This document shows, piece after piece, positions 32,701 to 46,401 of a stretch of 64,000 bases of DNA. The notes below the pieces were generated by a model. The model saw nothing but the letters and a program-made list of their open reading frames with translations. It was not told where the DNA came from and made no database searches. The stretch lies in contig NW_019029010.1 of assembly GCF_002105155.1 (NCBI RefSeq), positions 1 to 64,000 of the forward strand, written 5' to 3'. The position numbers and the translations under genes were made by a program. The number at the start of each line of letters is the position of its first letter. Position 1 is the stretch's first letter. Source of the DNA: Lobosporangium transversale. Lineage: Eukaryota.

Positions 32701-35700
32701 GGTTGAATGAGATAATAGGGCCAGAGGACAGAAGAGCATTCGAAACCCTATTGGATGACGGGTTTGCAGCAAACGGGGTTCGATATCTGGCGGATCTGGC
32801 GACAGCAATTTACAAATATCAGGATGGTAATCCTGTTGTAGATTACTCTCCATATCAACACAAGGGTACATGGAAAGAAGGGTTCTTCAGCAGGGAAGAT
32901 GGTAGAAATCTCTTGCGCGAAGCCTCCCCGCTGAACCGCACAGGTAACCAGCATCGATTTAGTCATCACTCAATACTAGAATATAGCATGGCTCGTGCTA
33001 TATTTGAACCACAAGAGAGAAAAAACGCTATGGTCGATAAGCCATCGACAGGTGCAGCAACGACCTCAGGATCCTCGCGTCGACAGAGTGTTAGCTCTGA
33101 TTACAGCTTTACTATTGCAGAAGACACAGATCAAGCGGCTACTACTAGTCTTGACCCCCTTGATCCGAGCTCACCTCTTGCGTGGAGAAGCTTTGTAGAT
33201 GCACCATTAGTGCTGCAGTTCCTACTAGACCGAGTCCAACTAGAGCCCATGTTCAAACGACAGCTGCTTGCATATGTGGAGCACTCAAAAAGCGATAGAA
33301 AGTGGAGAATCGCAGCAGCTAACGCTATTACGATACTGGTACAAGCAGGGATCCCATTTACTGGAATCGACCTCCAAGGGATCCAAATTCCGGGCGCAGA
33401 TCTGAGCCATGGTATATTCGACTCTGCTCAGCTACAAGGAGCGGATTTGAGGAAGGCCAGGATGCGTAACTGCTGGCTCCATGAAGCCGATTTGAGTGGC
33501 GCACATATGGATGGAGTGCAGTTCGGCGAGTGGCCATTCCTTAAGCCCAATGTAGATGCCGTTGGCGGTTGGTATTCACCTGATGGAAAAAAATTAGCCG
33601 TGTTTTCGTTACAAAGCAGTGTGACTTTTTACGACACATTGGCTTGGGAAGAACTTTGGACAATATACAACTTTACTCGACTCTCATATTCGCCTGATTG
33701 CCAGTACATCGCGGTTCTTACTGGAGGATATCAAATCAGAGTGTGTGATGCGGCTTCTGGAGCAACTATTCGCAGTCTAGAAGGGGTCAGTGAGGTTCTT
33801 TGTCTGGCGTACTCGCCCAGCGGACATCAAATCATGGCGGGTGCTGAAGATCACACCATTCGGGTATGGGATGTACAATCTGGCAAGCTCATTCGTATTA
33901 TGAAGGACCATACTGAGAGGATTGTAGATGTGGTATACTCCCCTAATGGAAGTCAGTTGGTTTCTACAAGCGATGATAAGACTGCTCGCATCTGGGACGC
34001 AGCATCGGGGGAACTGCAATTCGTTTTGCAGGGCTTTGAGGAGCGCGTCCTGCAAATGTTTTATTCGTTTGATGGTCATGATATCACTACAGTTAACAAA
34101 GGTGGGTCTCTTCGCGTATGGGATGCTGGATCAGGCCGATTGAGGCGGGAAGTGGATATTGGTAATGTAGTCGGAAGGATCGAATATTCTCGCAATAAGA
34201 ACCGTATCGCTTGGTTTCGAGACAAGAGTGCATATGTGTGTAATGCATTCACGGGTGTAATCCTCCATATCCTAGAAGGGCACACTTCTTTCATCTTATT
34301 CTTGACATTCTCACATAGTGGTGAACAGATCGCTACATGCTCTCATGACAACACGATCCGGCTCTGGGATACTCAGTCCGGTCAGCTCATCAATATCTTC
34401 TTCGGCCACTCACGCTATGTGCTGTCTGTGGCGTATTCACCAAGCGGCCATCAGATTGCATCATTCAGTGATGACCAGACAGTTCGACTATGGGATACCC
34501 GACTGTTGCCATCCACTCAGGTTTCAGCTGGATCAGCCGGACATACAAAGAGTGTCTGCAAAGTGGTGGGCTCCCCTGGAGGGATGCAAATAGCTTCTGT
34601 TGACGAAAGCGGGGTAGCGCGCCTTTGGAATGGGAGAGAGGGACAAACTGTCCGCACGCTAGGAGCTGACCATAAAATGACAGTGGAAGAAATCAGGTAT
34701 TCACCTACTGGCCTACAGTTCGCCGCTCGCTATAAAAGTAAGGCACTGCTCCTCTGCGACATTCAATCTGGTCAGGTTAAGCACACCTTGAGGCGAAAAG
34801 GAATACAAGACGACTATGCTTATGTGGTAGGATATACACTGAGTGGTCATCAGATTATGTGTCAGCACCGCAATGGAGATGTATGTGTGTGGGATACACA
34901 AACAGGGAAACTCATACGTACCTTACAAGGCCAAGAACAACGGCAACAGAACGCTCCTGCAAAATACTTTGCGTTTTCACCCGATGAGTTGAAAGTAGCG
35001 ATTTTAAGTTACGATGGAATATTGACCGTGTGGATGGTTCAGACTGGAGATCTTCTCTACACCATAGAAGTCGATATGGATGAAGACAGTAATCTGGTCT
35101 ACCTGCCTGATAGTCGTCATATCGTCATCCTTTGCTCCAGTAAAGGTTTGTTTGTATGGGACACACAGACAGGACTGCTCAGTTACACTGTGGATGTGGA
35201 GGAGTATCAGTTGTGCATTGCACTTTCACCCTGTGGTCGACAAATGGCTAGTGGTGGGTTTGAGGGGTCACTGAAATTAGTTGGTGTAGAATCTGGAGCA
35301 GCATTGCGAACGCTTGTAGGCCACGCAGGGGATATCAAAGATGTAGCATATTCCCGAGATGGTCAATTTGTTGCCTCTGCCAGTTGGGACAATACAGTGC
35401 GCCTTTGGGACCCAAAGAGTGGCCAATGCCTGGCTGTCATCCCTCACAGTGATAGTCGCATTGAGGTACTGGCTTGGATGGATGATGCTATTGCTAATGA
35501 AGGGGTTTGCTCGCTGGTAACAGGCAGTACCGATGGCTCCGTTTGGATGTGGCGAATTTCCAATGAAGGTTACGGTAAGGCTCGATACCAGCTACAATGG
35601 ACCTCTAAGCAAACAGGATTGAATGCGGATAGGGCGTGTGTTGAAGGAGTGACCGGATTGAGTGGAGCCAACAAGAAACTTTTGAAGCAGCGAGGAGCTG

Positions 35701-35942
35701 TAGGTGCGCCAGCTCAATTTCCGACGATTAATGAAGAGATTAAGGGGTTTGAAATTGCGACCAATGGGAAGTACACCGCAACGGCAACAAACGAGACCAT
35801 CATGCCAAAAGCAAGCAAAGGCCGTGTCATTAAAGAGGAACCATTGATTACGACGGATGAGTTGCTGAGTAGTCACCGTTATACTTTTAGTGTATGTAGC
35901 ACATGTAGCGTGGCGCATCTTATTCGATGTAGTCGTAAGTGA
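29789..35942 (+). CDS. Helical (ARM-like)-NACHT-pentapeptide-WD40 NLR/STAND-like protein, ~2008 aa; 2 exons (29789-31553, 31681-35942)
   Basis: GTAAAC donor at 31554 and TGTAG acceptor at 31680 join the two ORFs in frame (6027 nt). Contains GDSGAGKS, LICDGYDE, KNPFLL, pentapeptide repeats and many WD40 repeats. Helical N-terminal region includes DPYLVYHASYAYQALQYIPDDE. Confidence 0.9.
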
Positions 35943-36267
35943 CTAAACTATGCGCAGTAGCACTGAAGTAAAAGGTACTTTGTCTTTATATCCTTTTGGA
36001 CAACCTGACTGTAGCCATTGAATCTAGAGGGATTAAAATCAATTGAAATACTAAGCCCATCTCCTGGTTGTAGAAGCTTGTCAAGGCAGCGGATGAAATT
36101 TTGGTCGCATGAACCATGAAACGGAGCGTGCTTGTAGCGAAGGCGCAGCATGGGAAAGAAGCTGATCAATGTCGTGTGTGTGAATAGCGTTTCCCCAACG
36201 GGCGAATACTCTAGAACATGTATGTATGTACATGTATTTACTTGTATTACATGTACACATACATGCC

Positions 36268-36300
<33 letters not shown>

Positions 36301-36931
36301 GAGCTAAATACGTCAATGATAATTTTGTTGGTTACAAAGAGTTGTGTGCCCCGAGCGTAGGGAAGAGGAAATCTGGGGTGAAAAAGATATAAAAGATAAT
36401 GAATAAACATTCCAGCGACAGAATGACATATAATGAAGGGTGTAGAGCATACAAAATAATAGTAAAGGGCTATGCTAACGTGCGCTTGCATCAAGTGAGA
36501 TGGTTCCCAAAATCAATTGTATAAAAGTGTCAAGAGGTTAGATAACTCAAAATAAGATCGTTTTAATTTTGTTGGGGAGCTTTAAATCTTAAATAACTCT
36601 ATAATTTTTTTTATTTTTTATTTCTTTTTTCTATCGATAAGACGAACACCCCTTGAGTTCAACTGGAAATGGGCCATCTTATTTTAAGACAAATCATGGC
36701 CGCTCTCAATACTTGTGCCTAGCTCCTCATTAACCCATTGTTCCTACATCTCTCTTTGTTCTCATGATTCATTCCTCTATTCATTCCACCATTGCATTTA
36801 CATGACTTCGTCGTTTTTTTTTTTTATTGACCCAACAGCCCCTTTATTGCACATTTTAATTTACCCTCCACATTCTCACCTATTACTTTTTTTTTTTTTT
36901 TTTATAAATATCAAGCACTTGTACGACCCAG

Positions 36932-39900
36932 ATGAATTCCTGGTACCAACCTGCAACTTCCCCTGCTCCATCATCTACCCCTACTAAGGCTCAAAGATCT
37001 TCTCGCCCTGTTTTCGCAAGTGATCTGGTTGCACAACGGCCTAAAAACGGTGGTACCAAACATATGCCCCCTCACCCTCTTGTATCTCCCTTGTCATCGC
37101 CTACAATAGCCACTTCTACCGCCACTTTACTTTCTTCATCCAACTCCACATCCTTATCAACTGCTGGGATCCATTCAAAGCTGGCTTCTGGTAGCGTCAA
37201 TACACATAGCAACAATTCATCAAGCAGCCATTACACAATGCCGGACTTCTCCGCCAAACTTGGTGACCTCCCAACGATCCATCTGCCAGAGTTCCATCTA
37301 CCAGATTTGCAACGGTTAAAGCAGCAACTAAACAAGCATACTCCTTCATTTTCTCTAAAGTCATTACGACATACCTTCCATGTTCCATCCTATACCTCCT
37401 ACATGTCCCCGTCCTCAGCTTCAATCTCATCCTCATCCTCATCCTCATCCTCATCCTCATCCTCATCCTCATTTTCGTCGTTATCTGCTTCACCCCAGTC
37501 ATCTCCAGCATGTAATGTTACTGCTGATCCTGCAAAGCCGAAACCTTCATTCACGTCAAGGCTATCGCGATCCTCGATTTTGCGCAACAGTCGTCTAAAC
37601 GAAAATAGCAGTAACCGAAAGCCATCCAAATCATCAATCGCAAGCCCGCAATTGACAAATTCTCATGACAGTACGACCATTAAAAGCAGTGATCGTGATG
37701 ATTCAACAGCCAAAGCAATTTCGTCACATTCAACTTCATCCCCGATTTCCATCCCTACACACCCATCGAACTTTCTTATCAAAAAACAGATAACTGCCTC
37801 CAATACATTAGAACCACATCAAACATCTACTGTCAATGTCAGTAGTGATAGTGTATCAACTGGAAAGGCTCGCTGTGTTACTAATACGACGGCTCCAACT
37901 CCGGCAAAGTCACCAATGGGTCATCTCTTCATCCAAGTTATCGAAGCTCGTAATTTGACACTAGTCAATCCTCCAGCACTGTCGCGGCCTTACTGTATTG
38001 TAGAGTATGATCAAAATGAATTCATGACGCCACCAGCACTACAGGAGACAACCACAGATACAATAGGTCGTGGAAGAGGTGGTATGGACATTTTCGCTCG
38101 AGCTATGGCAGCCAGCAGCCCGAAATGGCGCTACGATGCAGAATTGTAAGTCCTTTTTTTTTATTTTTATTTTTTTTTTTTATTTCTGCATTTGAAGCAT
38201 CACTCCATGTCTTCATATTCATTAATACTCCTTCTTTTCTTCTCACCATTTTTATTATTGTTATTAATTATGTATTTATGTATTTATCTATTTATCATTT
38301 GTTTTCCATTTATATTTTCGCGGTTGGGCAAAGTGATGTGGTCAGACCCAACCAACAAATCGTGATAACGATTTTTGATTCAGAAACTGCGGAGGAGCAA
38401 TATGATTCGCTCTCGAACCCAGCAAAAAGGTTTTTGGGTCAAGTCAAACTTCATCCTTCCGAAGTTCACAACCGGATGATTGACTCGTGGTTTCGCTTGC
38501 AAGGCAGAGAGACCAAGGATGAGAATGTTACTGGTGAGATCAGGGTCGTCATCCGATACCAGGCAATTGAGGTAAAGAGAGCTCTAATGCCTAAATTTTC
38601 CTATTTCATTATTATTATTATTTTCCATTGGGGAGGTTTTTCTTTTCGGTGGCGGAGATTGGACATGTGATTCATTTAGCGCAATTGATGGTTGCACATT
38701 CGCACAGACCTTGCATGAGGAAAAAAAAAAAAACAAAAAACAAAAAAAGGAATGTTGTGTATATAGTATCCCCTGCTCGTCTCACTCACTCACTCACTTG
38801 TATATCCATTTTGATTCTGTTTAAACTTGATAGTCACGCCATTTATCCGCCTCTGACTTTGATATCCTTCGAGTGCTCGGCGTTGGTTCCTTTGGAAAGG
38901 TTTATCAAGTCCGCAAGAAGGACACTGGCCGTATCTATGCCATGAAGGTCCTTGTCAAGAAACAGGTCATTGAACAAAAACAAGTCGAACACACCATTGC
39001 AGAACGCAATGTCCTGATCCAGTCCTTACAATCACCTTTCATCGTCGGTCTCAAGTTCTCGTTCCAGACTCCCACAAAACTTTATTTGGTTCAGGATTTT
39101 ATGAATGGGGGCGAACTGTTCTTTCATATGCAGAATGAAGGAACATTCTCAGAACCCAGGGCGAGATTTTATACTGCAGAGCTGGTATTGGCCTTGGAGC
39201 ATCTGCATTCGCATAATGTTGTCTATAGGGATCTCAAGCCCGAGAACGTCCTCCTCTCGAGTCAGGGACATATTGTCCTAGTAGATTTTGGGCTCTGTAA
39301 ACAGAACGTGACCGAGGATGAGCGCACACATACATTCTGTGGTACGACCGAATACCTTGCTCCCGAGATTATTAAAGGAGAAGGATATGGAAAAGCGGTC
39401 GATTGGTGGTCTTTGGGCGTGTTGTTGTACGAGATGTTGATGGGCACATCCCCTTTTGCTGACAGCAGAGCTGAAGGAACTCATCACAAGATTTTACATC
39501 AGCCCGTAATCTTCCCGACCCGATTGGGGTTGGGTATCTCTAAAAACGGACCGCCCAAAGGAGAGCTTCATCCTTCTTCACAGGATGTTTTGTCTATTGG
39601 GATCAGTGAGAATGCTCAAGACTTGATCCAGAGATTGCTGGATAAGGATCCCAAGACTCGACTTGGCTCTGGAACCAGCAATGACAACGACGAAGGCACT
39701 GTCAGTGGGGTAGCAGCAATCAAGGCCCATCCATTTTTCCAAGGGATTGATTTTGTCCGTCTTCAGACACGAGATGTTACACCACCTTTCCAGCCTCATG
39801 TGGGAATCACAGGTGATCTGGATGTCTCCAACTTTGACACGCATTTCACAGACCAGACAGCGACGTTGAGCATGAAGAGTAGTAGCACTAGCCCAAAAGT

Positions 39901-40480
39901 TATGTCACCGACTTCTCCTTTACAATTTCAAATGGCAGAATCACCTTCAAATTCGTCCGTGTTGGTGGATGGTACTGTCGGTAGCTTCATGTTACAACAA
40001 CAACAAAGAGCAGCTAACCAGTACCGACAACAACAGAAGAGAGCTGATAACAGTACATTAAACCCGAGTGTGATGCGTCGTGGTCGACGAAGCAGTAACA
40101 GCTGGAGCAGTTATCGGACCTTGAGCAACGATTCGCTGTTTTCTCTAAATGACCAATCAGGCAGCATCAGTAATTCAATGCAAGCACGATCACCATTCCA
40201 TCGGCCTATGACAGCTCACAGGTCTAGGGTGCTTCAACAGCCACAGTCACAGTCACAACAGGAATACTTTAAAGGCTTTACGTTTGAAGGAGAGAGTATC
40301 TTGGAAACGATGAAGCGTCAGGAAGAAGAAGCGATGCTTAATCACGGTCATATCAATCTGACTAATACGAGTACAATGACATTGTCCCCTCCCATGTCTG
40401 GTTTTGGTCATCGTCATCAGCCGAATCAGCTTTTTTCAGGCGAACCTGGTAGTATTGATTCAATTTTTGGTAGCATGTAG
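36932..40480 (+). CDS. AGC Ser/Thr kinase, Sch9/Ypk/PKB-like, with C2 domain; 3 exons (36932-38145, 38334-38571, 38834-40480)
   Basis: C2-like LFIQVIEARNL..RPYCIVEYDQNEF; kinase motifs GVGSFGKV, YAMKVL, YRDLKPEN, DFG and TFCGTTEYLAPE; AGC tail NFDTHFT and hydrophobic motif FKGFTF. Confidence 0.92.
37425..37471 (+). repeat. (TCATCC)n coding microsatellite (poly-Ser)
   Basis: Read directly in kinase exon 1. Confidence 0.85.
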
Positions 40481-40697
40481 CATTATCTTTTTTTTATTTT
40501 TTTTTTTATTTTTTTATTTTATTGTGTACAAGTAGTATTCATAAATGTATTTGACTACTATCGAAAAAAATTTAAGGTCTACAGTATATTATTTTTATTT
40601 ATAGTTATCTATAAATCTATTTGTATTTGAGAGGAAATCCAATAATAATAATATTTAAAAAAAAAAAAAGGCAATAGCTTTTTTCCTTTCTTTTTTT

Positions 40698-41411
40698 TTA
40701 AGCAGTCGTAATATCGAGAAGGCGGACCCATGCTCCATTCAACTGTGCCAATTGGCCTGCTGTACCTACTGTACCTGCGCCAGAAGAGGACGAAACGGCT
40801 TTTGATGACTCTGCACCTACAACAGCACCAGTATCAGTATCAGTGCCTGCATCAGTATCAGTATCAGAAGCTGGTACAGGTTGAGCTTGAGCCAAGGCAC
40901 TAATGAAGCCTGGATCTCTTGATGAGACGGTGATGGTGCCATCCTGAAGGTACTGTTGATTGTTCATCTCGATATGATCCAAGGAATACAAATAATTGAT
41001 CATCAATCCGAATGATTCCTCCATTCCTTTATCGGACGTGTCTCCCATCCAGTTCAATCGATGTGCACAAGCTCCATTCCGGAGATGGAAATTAGCGACA
41101 GGGTCAAGTGCTAGATGACGACGTTTTTCAATCAAGATGTATCTATTCATAAAAAAAAAAAGCTGTTAATGAGCTGCCATTATTGGGGATACGAAGGATT
41201 TAACACTACTCCGTTAAAAAAAAAAAAAAAAAAAAAAAAGTAAAAATAATTTACCTAGCACAGAGTCGGGTTAAGATCGGTCGAAGCTTTTCGGTGGCTT
41301 CATAATCAGAGAAGATTGGAGCGTGTTGAAGAATTACCTAACATTGACAAAAAAAAAAAAAAAAGAGAGAGAGAAAAGAGTCATTTTAATAAATAACAAC
41401 CAACAGTAAAG

Positions 41412-41443
<32 letters not shown>

Positions 41444-43617
41444 CTAAGCGTCAAACATAATGCTCAACATAAAAGTGAGGGAAGGGAAGGGGAGGGGGGA
41501 GAGAACACTGTTGCTTACACTAAATTGCTCCTCCGAGTCTGATGATATGGCGGCTGCTCCGATACCTTGAGCCAAGTCACTGATGACAGCTGTTTCCTGT
41601 GGTAATAACATCTTTTGTCCAAGTTTCTGACATTGATTCAGCCATTTTCTAAATCCAGGGATAGGTGAAAGAGTACTGAAGGTTTCAATCTGTGGAAACT
41701 CGACCTTCAAAGACCGAACGACTCGTTTGATCAAGAAATTGCCCAGTTCAATCCCGGACAAGCCTGTGATAAATGATGTTGAATAAAACAGGAACGGTTG
41801 TTGAGATTGTCAGGCAAAGTGATATGTATATAAAAAGAGGAAGGGAGGAGAGAGTTAACGAGAACTTGCCTACTTGTGTCGTGATAGAGTAAAAGATGGC
41901 GCACTTTACAGTTCTGGCTGGGTGAGTATGGCCGGGGGAGGGGTCATTCAAGATATCCTGCACATTATTGGACAGCCTTTCAACCAGAGCCACTTGAACA
42001 AAGACAAGAGGTTCTGTAGGAAGGCTCTTGTTCATCAATGCAAACACACGTCGACCGGGTCCTACACGACGTTTCAGATCATGAAAGTCTTTGAATTTGT
42101 GCACTGCTTCATATTGTGTAATCTAGTAAACAGATGGATCAAGGAAAATCAAGAATGTTTTTTTTTTTTTTCCGTTATAAAATAGTTTTTTCATTTTATT
42201 TTTGTGCGATTAAAAGTTTTTTTTTTTTTTTTTTTTACCTTTTCCAGAAGGACTGCTGGCGACTGCCATGTTAGACGTTCCAGATCCAAAAAGCCCACAA
42301 ACCAAGCCTGTAACTTTTCCTTGAGTGACTCGTTCAAAGCTGAAAGATAGAAATCATTTTTATTGTCCTGAAGGATCGTCTGTCATTCATGTCAGCAGAA
42401 AGATATTCCAAAAAAAAAAAAAAAAAAAAAAAAGAAATCGAATCATTTCAATTCAAGTTGTAATAAGAAAAAATAAAAACTTTTTTTTTTTTTTAACAAA
42501 TATATTTCTCTTTCTATTTACCAAAAGATCCTGTCGCATGTCGATCAAAAATTTTAGTCCTCCTGGAAGTCGACTGACACGATCAAAGAACTTGTTGTGT
42601 CCTGGAACAAGCGAATGGCGGAGCAATTGTTCTGCTCGAAGCAATGCCTTGCCCTCCGGATCAGTGTGTACACAATCCGTATACTGCTGAGCAGCCTTCG
42701 CGGCACCTTCCTGTAAAACACCTGTTTTGTATCCACATTCCACATTGAATTAAAGAAATAAAACACAGAGTTGTTTTTAGAAAGATCATTTTGAAGAACG
42801 TAAAAGAAAGAAGAAAGAGAGAGAGAGAGAGCTTATTATATAGATAATATATATATATGTATTACCAAAATCTCGCGCAAGCAACTTCAAGAACGCGGTT
42901 TTGCCCGTCTGATCCAAGGACGCGTAGAAATCACATGAGCTCTTAGCAATCACGCTCGGTAAAATATCACCTTGTCCCGGTCGACCTGTGATGACTGCTA
43001 ACAACAACTTTCGCATGAATTCTGGATCCTTTGTCGTGGCTCGACTTGTCTTTTCTTTATCAAAGGTCGAGAACCCGGGCTCTCGAAAGTGTTCTGCAAT
43101 ATCATTCCAATATCGTTCTACCACGTTTGGTCGTAACGATTGTAATGTCCCTGATCCAGCAGCAGTCTTCGTAGTAGCAGTATCAGCAGCGGCATTTCTA
43201 TCCTTACTGTTGTTGTCATTGTTGTTGTTGTTGTCATTGTTGTTGTTGCTGTTGTTGCTATTATTTGTATTGTAAGCCATGATGCTAGCAGCCTAAGAAT
43301 ATGTTGAAAAAGAAATGGTTTATTTTCACAAAGAGCTCATTGCATGCATTCAATTTTTTTTTTTGTTTTTTAAATTCTTTTTTCATCCATGCATGTGATC
43401 TCTCACGCTTGTCGGACTTTGTATATACTACCCTACACACACACTCTTTTTTTTTTTCATTGTTTTCAATCAGAGATGGTACCTGAGACTGGCGGAGCAA
43501 GAGTGGGGATTTGATGGAATGAAGAGAAGCAGGTGTCTTTTGAAGAGAAAGGAATGAAGAAGAGCACTTGCTGTTGCTGTTATTGAGCCGAGAGAGCAGC
43601 AGTTGCCGCGTGAACAT
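40698..43617 (-). CDS. MLYCD: Malonyl-CoA decarboxylase, multi-exon, with probable mitochondrial presequence
   Basis: [84 protein letters not shown] and [12 protein letters not shown]. Arg/Ser/Leu-rich N-terminus. Confidence 0.93.
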
Positions 43618-43980
43618 TTTTTTTTTTTTTTTTTTCTATTTTATTTTATTAATTATTATTTTTGTTTCTTATTTTCTGTAAATGACAAGTGACAAAAGAC
43701 AAATGAGGTGATGAGTTTGTACCAAGAAAGAAGAAAAGAAAAAAGATAAAGTGGCTCTTTGCTTTAGAGATAGTAAATGGAGCGAGATGTAATATGCAAG
43801 GCAAGGAAAGGCAAGTAAAAATAAATAAATAAAAAACGATTATGCAGTGTGAAGAGACAGCCGAAGCATGCCTCTTGGTCTCATATGATGGGAAGCGTGA
43901 GAAAATAATTTAATGGGTCGTGTACTACACACATGAAACATGATTAAAAAAAAAAAAAATATGTTTCTTTTGCAAAACTA

Positions 43981-45771
43981 TCAAGCAAATGCCATCATGG
44001 ATTCTCTCTTCACCCTCATTGATCCTCTATCCTGTCTACTTTCAATCCTTTCTCGACTGCTTTGTTGCTGTTGCTGTTGTTGTTGTTGTTGTTGCTTTGT
44101 TCGCTGTGACACAAATGGAAGTGAGAATGCAGAGTCTCGTAATGCATCTTCAACTGCCATGCCATCAATCTCATCTGCATCCACCAAATCATGTCCATCT
44201 CGTTTCTCAAACTCCAACCGGAGTCGGTCAATACGGTTATCATGAATCAATGTTGTTCGTGTGGCCGCTGCTGTTCTTTGTCCCGATGTTATTGTATGGG
44301 GTGATGCTGGGTTGACACCCAAAGAACGGAGAATCTGTGCTGCTTTGAGCTCCATTGTAGTCCTTGCACCCTTGTACTCTGGCCCATTATATCTGGCACG
44401 TGCAATAATCCCATACAACGCACATCCTATTACAAGTGTACCTCCACTTGCCATCGCTGTCATACTTCCCATCACCACACCTCCCATAGCACCGAGAGAT
44501 CCCACTGCTGACATGGACCATGCAACTGTTTCGGCCTATAAGATCCCAAAGAAGAAAAAGAAAATTGTTCGTGAGTGGTGTGTGAGTGATAATAGGATAT
44601 AATGAACGAAAAAGAACAAAAAAAACTGTACCTTTTTCTCAGTGCGAGGGTCCAGTCGATGAATAATATCAATTAATTCCTTAATTAACCTCAAGTCTTC
44701 CTGCACTTGCTCCGGCACCTCCAAAAACTGCTCACTGATCCAAGCCTCCGTCGATTGAACCACATCTTCACATTGCTTCAACAACTCCTCAAGTTGATTG
44801 TGAAAACCAATAACTGAATACGTGGATGAGGCCTTGTGAGCAGAATACATTGTCGCGACCAAGGACGCTACACCAACTGTCGCCATTAGAGCCAAGGATG
44901 CAGGATCTTGTTGACCGTTCTTTTTGAGCATTTCTTGACTGGTCTCCTCTTTTTCCTTGTCCTTTTCATCCTTGCTCTTTCTCTCCTTTTCTGCTCTCTT
45001 CAATTCGTCCTCTTGTTCCTTTCGTTTCTTTTCTCTTTCTTTTTCTTTTTCTTTTTCTTCCTCCTTTTTCTTCTTTTGTTGCTGCTCCATCTCTGCTTCT
45101 AATTTCTTGACTTTAGTCTTTTGTAATTCGAGTTCTTGCTCCAGTTTGTGGCGCTCTCGTCGTTGTGCATCAATCTCTGACCGGGCTGTTGCAGAATGGT
45201 GTCTCATATCGCGCTCCATCTGTTGTAGCCGTTGCTCCATCTCTCGGAGCCGCTCTCGCTCTCGTTCCTGGTCCCAGTTCCTATGTTTAGAACCAAACCA
45301 AGAAGAAGAGGTAGAAGAAGCAGAGGACCGTTCCCATGCGTCCTCATTATGGTACCTTCGTGAGGATGACGATGCTGCTGATGCTGCACCATCCATATAT
45401 CGTCCTGCAAGATAGAGTCCATTCTCAAGGATCTTTTGTGATTCTATGGCAGGAGCCAGATTCTGAAGTTTAGAGAAGAACCCTTTTGATGATGATGATG
45501 ATGATGATGAAGCAGAAGTAGAGGCGTTTTCGGCTTGTTGTGTTTCATCTTTGATATTGTTGTTCTTGCTGTCACTGTTAGCATCCATTGTTTGTTGTGT
45601 GTTTGGATTGGGTATAGGCATAGGCTCCTGTTCTTGCTCGGTCTTTGCAAGTTGAGAGAGGATATGAGGGGTGAAGGCTAACAGGGTCGAGACAGGCGGT
45701 ACAAACTCGAAGGTATCGGGATCATATAATTCCCTTGGAAAGGTGATGTCGTCAAAAAGAATCGATGCCAT
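43981..45771 (-). CDS. Hypothetical coiled-coil protein with hydrophobic segments; 2 exons (45771-44632, 44535-43981)
   Basis: GTACAG donor and TATAG acceptor join the frames (EKK-AETVAWSM). Long E/K/R coiled coil and two hydrophobic Gly/Ala-rich stretches. Confidence 0.7.
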
Positions 45772-46179
45772 TGTTTAGAAAGAAAAGGAATGGCTGTAAT
45801 GCAAATGGTATAAATAGCAGAGACTAATGAGAGGAATAGCAATGAATGAATGAATGAATGAATGTGAATAAAAAGCTAAAAAAGTAAGAAAAAAGGATAG
45901 AAAAATAGAGAAGGTGCCAAGAATGACAATGACACTGCATTGTATGACTGCTGTGAGAAAGACTTTGGCTCAGCAATAAATTTTCCATAAAGAGAAGAAA
46001 GGGGTTGCAAATTGCCAAATACAATCTGTCCACGACTCAAAATAAATTTGAATGGACGTCTTTTTTATTTTTTTTATCTAGAGGTTTAAACTCACGTTCA
46101 CTCTGCCTTGGCCACGTTTACACACGCTCACTCTAGTATGACCACATTTAAACTCGCGTTCTCTCTAACCTGACCACGT

Positions 46180-46401
46180 TTATCTACAATAAGGTGGGCG
46201 CTTCTCACACGGCGCAACAACATCTCGCTCACAATTGCCCATGCAGTTTGTGTAGATCACATAGCATGTTCCTGGCTCTATCCCTCTGGCCATGCAGTCT
46301 TGGAAAAGGAACCGACATTGGTCGCATTTAATCGCTTCTGTACCAGACAGAGTCAACACGATGCCTACCAAGGCCAACAGGTAGAAGCAAGCAATCCTCA
46401 T
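46180..46401 (-). CDS. Small secreted cysteine-rich peptide (73 aa; ~50-aa mature peptide with 8 Cys)
   Basis: MRIACFYLLALVGIVLTLSGTEA is signal peptide-like. Mature spacing C-x2-C-x6-C-x9-C-x6-C-x3-C-x7-C-x6-C. TATA at ~46650 and putative 5'-UTR intron 46527-46427 (GTGAGT...TTAG). Confidence 0.7.
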   Translation of the reverse strand: MRIACFYLLALVGIVLTLSGTEAIKCDQCRFLFQDCMARGIEPGTCYVIYTNCMGNCERDVVAPCEKRPPYCR

